NCBI RefSeq assembly: GCF_001194135.2
Contig: NC_068987.1
Span: 8,925,395 to 8,983,956, forward strand
DNA: 58,562 nucleotides
Direction of reading: 5' to 3'
DNA from: Octopus bimaculoides
Lineage: Eukaryota
Shown: in pieces, positions 50,105-58,562 of the stretch
Position numbering within the stretch: position 1 is the stretch's first letter
How the letters are laid out: the number at the start of each line of letters is the position of its first letter
Program-made: the position numbers and the translations under genes
The notes under the pieces: generated by a model
The model's input: the letters and a program-made list of their open reading frames with translations, nothing else
Databases searched by the model: none
Told to the model about the DNA's origin: nothing

Positions 50105-52299
50105 CGCTCCCCAAGAATTTAGGGCTTTGTGTCTAGAGTAGCAAAGATTATTTTAAAGGCGACGAGCTGGCAGAAACGTTAGCACGCCGGGCGAAATGTT
50201 TAGTGGCATTTCGTCTGCCGCTACGTTCTGAGTTCAAATTCCGTCGAGGTCGACTTTGCTTTCATCCTTACGGGGTCGATTAAATAAGTACCAGTTACGC
50301 ACTGGGGTCGATATAATCGACTTAATCCGTTTGTCTGTCCTTGTTTGTTCCCTCTGTGTGTAGCCCCTTGTGGGTAGTAAAGAAATAACACAATATTTCC
50401 GTATGATTTCTTAGCGCCAAAATTTTAAAAAAATCATCTAGTGTTTCTGTTGACAGGTGTATTCAATTAATAAAGAGAGGAAAACAGGTGTTTATTAGAA
50501 CGTAATAATGTAGAATGTTTTGGATAGAGCCCTTCCTCAAGGAGATCTAAAAATGTTTATAGTGTAAAAGTTGTATGTAGGAAGGCAAAAAAAAAAATAG
50601 AGAGAAAAAGGTCGCATTTTATCTAAGGGAAATAACTCTACTTAAAAGTTATTTCCCTGTTGGATTAGTTACGTTTCGCTGCTGACAGGAGGCATTTTTC
50701 ATTTTTCTTCTTTTTTCTTTTTTGCTGTGCTTGTAACACAGATATGATATTGTTGCTGTCGTCCAGTGACGAAGAAATATTTTTGCTGTATTTAGTTACA
50801 TTTCTTTAATTCTCGTGTTCAAATCCTGCCAAAGTTGAATTAATTTTTCATCATCATCGCTCGCCATCATCGTCGTTTTAACGTCTACTTTTCCATGCTC
50901 GTATGGTTCGGACGGAATTTGTCAAGGTGAACTTTTCTACGGCCAGATGCCCTTCTTGTCGCCAACCCTCACTTGTTGCCAAGAAAGGCATTATGTCTCC
51001 ATGGCTAGACATGTTTTCACCAAAGACTGGGAGCAGAAGACACTACGTGGGTGATGGTGTCACTCGTTTATAACTATCATGTGAAGTGAAGGCAAGGAGA
51101 CAGTAATATGCGCGCCCACACACACACGCACACAAACACACATCTATTTATCTATTTACCTGCCTACCTGTCTCTCTCTCTCTGTCTCCCTCGCTCTCTC
51201 TCCGCTCTCTCCCTCTCTCTCTCCCCCTCTCTCTCTCCCCCTCTCTCTCTCCCTCCTCCTCTCTCTCTCACTCTTTTTATCAATTGTATTACTGAAGTAA
51301 GTCAGTTGACCTCCCCTATGTGCTTACCATCTATTCTCACTGGGTTTTATTAAAATAATCCTTTCTACTCTAGGTACAAGGCCTGAAATTTTAGGAGATC
51401 TGGTTAGTCAATTACATTGACCCCTAGTATGCAACTGCTACTTATTTCATTGAACCCCCAAAATTGAAAGGTAGAGTTGACCTCAGTGGAAGGAGTGTGC
51501 TGACGATTCTGACAGTCTGTCACCTTAACGGTTTTGTTAAAATAATTTTTTCAAATTTTGGTGTAAAACCAGCAATTTTGGAGAGAGAGTTAGTCAATTA
51601 CATCAGCTCCAGTATGTAACTGGTACTTATTTTATCAAACCCAAAAAGGATGAAAAGCAAAGGTGGAGTTTGAACTCAGATTGTGAAGTTTGGTGAAAAT
51701 GCCGTTTGGCATTTTGTCTGACATGCTAAAAATTCTGCCAGCTTGCTACCTTAAGAGTTTTATCAAAATCATGCCAGTACTCTGTATGAGTTGGTTCAAT
51801 CAACTATACTTAGTGGTGTTTGGCTCATGCAAGAACCAATAATTATTCAATTAGTTGCTGATGTCATGGCCGTGTAGTTAAGAAGCTCACATTACAACCA
51901 TGTGATCAGATTACATATTTTGGGTGTCTTCTATTGCCACAGGCCAATCAATGCCCTGTGCATTATTTCTCCAAATTTGGAAAGGCACTGCCATGGCTGC
52001 GTAGTTGAGAAGTTTGCTTTCCAACCATGTGGTTATGAGATCAACCTCACTGTAGGGCACCTTGAGCAAGTGTCTTCTGTTATAGTTCTGGGTTCACCAA
52101 AGCTTCAACGCCATGTGAGTAGATCAAGCCTATTGCATGTATGTGTATGTGTGTGTAGGTGTATGTGTGTGACTGTAAAACATCTGCCTCAATAAATTCT
52201 AATTCATGCAAGCATAGAAAAGTGAACGTTAAGATGACGATGATGATGATGATGATGATGATGTGTCTTTGTGAGTGATGCTGAGAGAGGAAATATAAC

Positions 52300-52730
52300 T
52301 AGCATTCCGTTGGTTATGATGCGGGTTCCATCATGTATAATTGAGGGTTCCATCAATATAACTGGCACTCTATGAGGATTCCTTCATATATAATTGAGGG
52401 TTCCATCAATATAGCTGGCACTCTGTTGGTTATGATGAGGGTTCAATCAACAGAACAGCTGCTCATGAAATTAACATGCAAGTGGCTGAGCACTCCACAG
52501 ACATGCAAACTTTTAATGTAGTTCTTACGGAGATTCAGTGTGACACAGAATGCAACAAGGCTGGCCCTTTGAATTACAAGTACAGCTCATTTATTTCAGT
52601 GGACTGGAGCAATATGAAATTGAAATAAAGTGTCTTGCTCAAGGACATAATGAGCTGCCCAGGAATTGAACTCACAGCCTTATGATGATGAAATGAATAC
52701 TTTACCCACAAAACCACATGCTTTCACATG
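52300..52730 (-). mobile_element. SINE family C/E with a tandemly re-iterated 3' end
   Basis: gcaagtggctgagcactccacagacac core; gagggttccatcaatat module repeated. Confidence 0.75.
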
Positions 52731-53068
52731 CGTGGAGATATGTTTTCAACGATAACTAATCTGCCTCCGGCTTGCTTGTTTGCACCTTTCTTTAAATAAC
52801 TAGAGAAAGCATGCGAACTTCAGGGACATTGTAGGTGATCTTCATGATGTGACATGATATCACTGCAAATTGAATTGTTGAAAACCAGGACAGACTGCAT
52901 GACATGAGCGTGATCAATATGTCGTACAAACCTGGCAACTGTGATTTGAGGTCTCGCTTCATGTGTGTGTGTTTGTGTGTATCTGTAGGTGTGTGTTTGT
53001 GTGTATCTTTGGTTTTGTGTTTCTATTTGTTGTGTTTGGTTTCTATTTGTTCTTATGACAGAATTTTT

Positions 53069-53463
53069 GAGTGGCTGTGTGGTAAGCAGCTTGCTTACCA
53101 ACCACATGGTTCCGGGTTCAGTCCCACTGCGTGGCACTTTGGGCAAATGCCTTCTACTATTGCCTCGGGCCGACCAAAGCCTTGTGAGTGGATTTGATAG
53201 ACGGAAACTGAAAGAAGCCCATCGTATATATGTGTATATATGTATATATGTGTGTGTGTTTGTGTGTCTGTGTTTGTCCCCCCAACATTGCTTGACAACC
53301 GATGCTGGTGTGTTTACGTCCCCATAACTTAGCGGTTTAGCAAAAGAGGCCGATAGTATAAATACTAGGCTTACAAAGAATAAGTCCTGGGGTCGATTTG
53401 CTCGACTAAAGGCGGTGCTCCAGCATGGCCACAGTCAAATGACTGAAACAAGTAAAAGAGTAA
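53069..53463 (+). mobile_element. Young full-length SINE family A
   Basis: Intact head, CpGs retained, tail aagtaaaagagtaa. Confidence 0.93.
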
Positions 53464-53954
53464 CAATGATTGATAGAATAAGTTCTAGACTGTAATGAAA
53501 AACAAAAAAAGAAAGTACTGATGTTGATTTGTTTGATTAAACTCTTCAAACCGGTGCCCCAGCATGGTCATATTCCAATGATGAAAACAAATAAAAGACA
53601 GAGAATTTTAACTCCCAAAAGAAATGAATATTTCTAATGTAAATAAGTAAACCAAAAGACTGAGTAAATACACAAATTATACAAAAAAATATACATATTT
53701 TTCTAGGTTTTCTGATGGCAAATCCTTTGATAACGATTTCATAAGTATGTAAGGTTGTTAAAATATTCAGATTTATTTCCTGGTTCTTAGTCAGATTTGA
53801 ATCTGATATAAACTTTTCCTGCTATCAAGTTCAGAAAAATGACCTTACACCTAGATCCTACTGTTGTTGTCAATATCTCATATACTCATAAAACTCTCAT
53901 AATATCTGCAAATACAATTGTGATATTGTTTCAAATATATATATCCTGTAATAG

Positions 53955-54365
53955 GCACAGGCATATTGTCTGTGGTTGAGGAGTTTGCTTCCCAGGCATG
54001 TCGTTTTTGGGTTCAGTCCTATTGTGGGACACCTTGGGCAAGTGTCTCCCACCGAAGCTCCCAGGCCAACCAAAGCCTTGTGAGTGGATTTAGTAGAAGA
54101 AAAGAAGCCCATTGCATGTACACACACACACATTGTGTGTGTGTGATATATGTATGTTGTTGCCAGTGCCGCTGGACTGGCTCCTGTGCAGGTGGCACGT
54201 AAAAAGCACCATTTGAGTGTGGCCGTTGCCAGTACCACCTGACTGGCCCTCATACTAGTGGCACGTAAAAGCACCCACTACACTCTCGGAGTGGTTGGCG
54301 TTAGGAAGGGCATCCAGCTGTAGAAACTCTGCCAGATCAGATTGGAGCCTGGTGCAGCCATCTGG
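53955..54365 (+). mobile_element. Composite: family A head joined to RTE 3'UTR
   Basis: Head at 53960-54110; gccagtgccgctggactggctcc...ggcgttaggaagggcatccagctg tail. Confidence 0.8.
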
Positions 54366-54564
54366 TTCTCCAGTAATCACATTCGGTTAAAACAGTTTAT
54401 TGATGCGTTTCATTTCTCTTTTTTCTCTGCTGAGAAGATTGCATTGTTTTACATCATTTTATTCCTTCTGGAATAATATCAATGTTTTCTTCGAAACATA
54501 TGTCGGAAGTATAAAGATTTGAATGACACCTACGTTTAACTCCATTTATATATATATACATATA

Positions 54565-55762
54565 TTGGATTGGCAACTAAGTTCCCGCCGTTTTTTTTAA
54601 ATTTTGGAATTTATTGCGTTTTTAAATTTTGGAATCATTTTGGAATCTATTTTTTTTTTCTAGTTAATTTTAGTTAATTTTTGTTTATTTTCAGATCATT
54701 AAAATGGAATGCCAAGTTAAGAAAAACGAGCATTTTCGACACCTCCTTTTTGCGTTTAATCAAGGTTCTAAGGCCGCAAAAGCTGCTCGCGACATTTGTG
54801 TTGTGTATGGAGAGNNNNNNNNNNTATATACATATATTGGATTGGCAACTAAGTTCCCGCCGTTTTTTTTAAATTTTGGAATTTATTGCGTTTTTAAATT
54901 TTGGAATCATTTTGGAATCTATTTTTTTTTTCTAGTTAATTTTAGTTAATTTTTGTTTATTTTCAGATCATTAAAATGGAATGCCAAGTTAAGAAAAACG
55001 AGCATTTTCGACACCTCCTTTTTGCGTTTAATCAAGGTTCTAAGGCCGCAAAAGCTGCTCGCGACATTTGTGTTGTGTATGGAGAGGGTGCCATAGCTGA
55101 AAGAACCGCTCGTGATTGGCATGCTAAGTTAAAAAATGGAAATTTTGACCTCAAAGACGCACTTCGTTCTGGCCGTCCAGTTGAGTTCGATGAAGAGCGA
55201 TTAAAAGAACTTTTGCACGAAAATTCTCGTCAAACGACAAGAGAAGTGGCAGAGAAAATGGAATGCTCCCATACTGTTATAGAGAAGCAGCTTCACTCGA
55301 TGGGAAAGGTTCAGAAGTATGGAGCACGGGTTCCGCATACTTTAAGTGACAACAACAAAAATCAACCAGCCACAATCTCCGCTGGTTTGCTTGCTCGTCA
55401 CCGCTCAACTCATGGACACAATCAACGATGAAAAATGTTCCCTGTACATCAATATGAAGCAACGTAATAAATGACTTAGTCCCGGTAAACAAGCGACACC
55501 GCGCGTGAAACAAAAACTTCATCTGTGTAAAACGATGTTGTACGTATGGCGAGACTGCGAAGGGATTGTTCATTACGAATTGCTTGAACTGAGCCAAACG
55601 GTTAACACGGAACTCTATGTTGAACAGGTGGAACGACTTAACACGGCTATTCAAGAGAAAAGACCTAATAGGCAGCATGGAGTTCTTCTGCTACACGACA
55701 ACGCCCGCCCTCATATCACCAATATGACCAAGGAAGCCATTCAAACGCATGGCTGGGAAGTG
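54565..55762 (+). mobile_element. Mariner (Tc1/mariner, mellifera-subfamily-like) DNA transposon, 3' end lost in the gap
   Basis: TA plus TIR ttggattggcaactaag; the 5' 270 bp is duplicated across a 10-N gap (second TIR at 54837). Confidence 0.93.
54976..55762 (+). pseudogene. Mariner DD34D transposase pseudogene
   Basis: MECQVKKNEHFRHLL...RSGRP...RVPHTL (WVPHEL-like), DEK, VWRDCEGIVHYELL, LLHDNARPH, GWEV; deletion/frameshift at about 55427 and an in-frame stop. Confidence 0.93.
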
Positions 55763-56203
55763 NNNNNNNNNNNNNNNNNNNNNNNNNNNNNNNNNNNNNN
55801 NNNNNNNNNNNNNNNNNNNNNNNNNNNNNNNNNNNNNNNNNNNNNNNNNNNNNNNNNNNNNNNNNNNNNNNNNNNNNNNNNNNNNNNNNNNNNNNNNNNN
55901 NNNNNNNNNNNNNNNNNNNNNNNNNNNNNNNNNNNNNNNNNNNNNNNNNNNNNNNNNNNNNNNNNNNNNNNNNNNNNNNNNNNNNNNNNNNNNNNNNNNN
56001 NNNNNNNNNNNNNNNNNNNNNNNNNNNNNNNNNNNNNNNNNNNNNNNNNNNNNNNNNNNNNNNNNNNNNNNNNNNNNNNNNNNNNNNNNNNNNNNNNNNN
56101 NNNNNNNNNNNNNNNNNNNNNNNNNNNNNNNNNNNNNNNNNNNNNNNNNNNNNNNNNNNNNNNNNNNNNNNNNNNNNNNNNNNNNNNNNNNNNNNNNNNN
56201 NNN

Positions 56204-56204
<1 letters not shown>

Positions 56205-56249
<45 letters not shown>

Positions 56250-56420
56250 CATACAAACGACAGGCTTCTTTCAGTTTCTGTCTACTAAATCTACTCACAA
56301 GGCTTTGGTTGGCCCGAGGCGGTGGTCGAAGGCACTTGCCCAAGGTGCCACGCAGTGGGACTGAACTCGAAACTATGTGGTTGGGAAGCAAGCTTCTTAC
56401 CACACAGACACGCCTTCGCC
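56205..56420 (-). mobile_element. SINE family A 5' half
   Basis: ttcagtttctgtctactaaatc...cacttgcccaaggtgccacgcagtgggactgaac. Confidence 0.88.
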
Positions 56421-56459
56421 TACAAGGTTACGTAACTAATCTACAAAGATTCATTTACT

Positions 56460-56880
56460 AACACTCAACAAGCCACTGACTCACTCACTAACATTCTGTT
56501 CCTTAAGCCCTTTGCTTCCTTTTCCAGATGAATTTCTGATTTTTCAACTCTGCCTCAATATCCCGCCTTCAGCTATTTATAGGGCGTCCTCTGTTCCGCC
56601 TCCCTTGTAGGTTTCAGGTCATAAGTTTCCTCAATGAAAGGCTTTCCTCCTCCAGATCTTGGTGGTTTTGAACCGTCATTTGCACTTCTATAATTTTCGG
56701 TGTTTTTTTTGTTTATATCTAGGTAGCATTATTAGTCCCATACGAATCCATTACCTCTGGGGAGAGTTGGTCCGTATTAATCTGATCCATATTAATCATT
56801 TAACCTGTCCAGCCTGGGCGACCCTACCAGGAACTTACACTCCACTGGCATAGTTTCAGGGTAATTGAAGCACACAAATC
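56460..56880 (-). mobile_element. RTE-clade LINE 5'UTR-like module
   Basis: Minus strand tttgtgtgcttcaattaccctgaaactatgcc...cctggtagggtcgcccaggctggacaggt resembles the conserved 5'UTR block of Expander/BovB-type RTEs (from memory). Confidence 0.6.
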
Positions 56881-57310
56881 CGCAGCAAGAACTGGACCTT
56901 GTGAAGCACACAGATCCGCAGCAAGAACTGGACCTTGTGAAGCACACAAATCCGCNNNNNNNNNNGCAGCAAGAACTGGACCTTGTGAAGCACACAAATC
57001 CGCAGCAAGAACTGGACCTTGTGAAGCACACAAATCCGCAGCAAGAAGTGGACCTTGTGAAGCATACAAATCCGCAGCAAGAACTGGACCTTGTGAAGCA
57101 CACAGATCCGCAGCAAGAACTGGACCTTGTGAAGCACACAAATCCGCAGCAAGAACTGAACCTTGTGAAGCACACAAATCCGCAGCAAGAACTGGACCTT
57201 GTGAAGCACACAAATCCGCAGCAAGAACTGGACCTTGTGAAGCACACAAATCCGAAGCAAGAACTGGACATTGTGAAGCACACAAATCCGCAGCAAGTAC
57301 TGGACCTTGT
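56867..57310. repeat. 36-bp minisatellite, about 12 near-identical copies
   Basis: Unit gaagcacacaaatccgcagcaagaactggaccttgt, 0-2 substitutions per unit; 10-N gap inside. Confidence 0.97.
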
Positions 57311-58344
57311 GGTGGTACTCATACAATAGCTCACAAATGTAGGGTTTCCCTTGGCTGTTTCTACCGCAACTAAAGTAGCTTTTACTCCTCTGAACTAGAA
57401 ATATCTGTGTACCACTTTCACCTACATCCACCAAACGCAACTAGTTCTTCGCTCATCATCCCTATTATGCGTCACTCCCTAAAATCCTGCACTAAACACA
57501 TTGTTCTGTATTTCATCAGAGCTGCTACAGCATGACTTGCTTCCTTATCCACGTGTTTTCTCCGGGTATCAGTTTGAACTCAAATGCCCTCGACCTCACT
57601 ACAAACGTGGATGACCCTCAAATATTATTTCCCCTATTCCTTCCTGAGTATACAATACCCTTTCCTTTTAATTAAAACAAACAAAGTTATTAGTTTGTTA
57701 CTGATATCGCTGTTTAGGTTTCCAAGAAATCGGAGCAATAGGATTTACTTTTAGCTGGAATTTATCTAAACGCAAACACTTGAAAATATAAAATACATTA
57801 GATTGTTTTCCTAGAAAAGGGTTTTACACAATTAATTATCAGCTATGATATTAACAAAACTTCAACGATAACGACAGATAATACCAATATAATTATAAAC
57901 AATTTCCAGTTAATTGATGTGACACAAAAATTACTGAGATTTTATATTAAGTATTCCTGTTTAGTGTCTACCAATCATATCCTGTAAATAAATGAATAAA
58001 TGAATAGAAAATAATAATGGGTAAAAAGTAAGTTCATTATTGAAATAAAACTTGTTTTTAACCATATCATTTTATTATTGTTTTATTCTTTTAAACTTTT
58101 TCAAGTGTTTCAAATTCAAAGTTGCGGTCATGCTGGGGTTTTTTTTTTTTTTGTTTTTCAATTATGTTTTATACATTTGATGAAAATATATTTGATGTTA
58201 TGAAGGGTATTTATTAGCATAAATTATGTAAATATAAAATCTACGAGCACTACATCTGTTGATAGGTGCAACATCTCCATTAATAAAATGTATGCATAGG
58301 ATATGCTGCAAGCCTGCATACCTCTTCAAGCACAATTAACGCAT

Positions 58345-58562
58345 GCGTCATATACTCGTTACGCACTGGGGTCGATCTAATCGACTGGCCCCCTCCTCCA
58401 AAATTTCGGGTCTTGTGCCTAGAGTAGAAAGGAATACATAATTCTTAAGGTAGTGAGCTGGCAGAAACATTAGCACGCCGGGCGAAATGCTTAGCGGTAT
58501 TTCATCTGTCTACGTTGGTAAATTAGGTACCAGCTGCGTACTGAGGTCGATCTAATCGACTG
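58345..58562 (+). mobile_element. Two family B SINE fragments
   Basis: cactggggtcgatctaatcgactggcccc tail, then ggtagtgagctggcagaaacattagcacgccggg head. Confidence 0.85.

Larger units (their letters stand above)
48620..51775. mobile_element. Dense cluster of at least 8 family B SINEs (mostly minus; plus copy at 50155-50390) interleaved with trinucleotide repeats
   Basis: Repeated gaatttgaactcagaa...gattctgccagc motifs at about 48730, 48900, 49110, 49905 and 51670. Confidence 0.85.

Noticed and set aside
49069-50141. Poly-Ile/Asn/Asp/Ser/Leu/Thr ORFs
   Set aside because: Trinucleotide microsatellites.
54551-55090. Tandem duplication of the mariner 5' end
   Set aside because: Identical copies flank a 10-N gap, typical of unmerged contig overlap; the same pattern occurs at 20550, 45225 and 56956.
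56867-57310. CRISPR array (36-bp repeats) or a repeat-protein gene
   Set aside because: Repeats are contiguous with no spacers, the context is eukaryotic and there are no cas genes. ORFs are open only because the unit lacks stops in five frames; there are no splice or start signals.

Overview
AT-rich, repeat-dense animal genomic DNA. The SINE/LINE repertoire looks like an octopus (coleoid cephalopod) draft scaffold; this is recognition from memory, not a database hit. I cannot recognise any intact host protein-coding gene. Most of the window is tRNA-derived SINEs (several families, labelled A-G here for convenience), RTE- and CR1-type LINE remnants, MITEs (piggyBac-, hAT- and mariner-type), microsatellites and N gaps. 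Well-supported features: a decayed near-full-length RTE LINE (13.25-16.2 kb, minus strand), a mellifera-like mariner transposase pseudogene (54.6-55.8 kb), a 5S rRNA pseudogene fused to a SINE (42.86 kb), a 203-bp foldback element (28.9 kb) and a 36-bp minisatellite at the end of an RTE 5'UTR-like module (56.9-57.3 kb). Splice signals, A-run skew and a CpG-retaining block at about 40.6-46.1 kb suggest a spliced minus-strand transcript running left from about 41.5 kb. Only one convincingly open exon was found (27051-27221), so its coding status is unresolved. Nearly all ORFs in the supplied track are microsatellite, gap or TE-antisense artefacts. Identities and alignments were made by eye.
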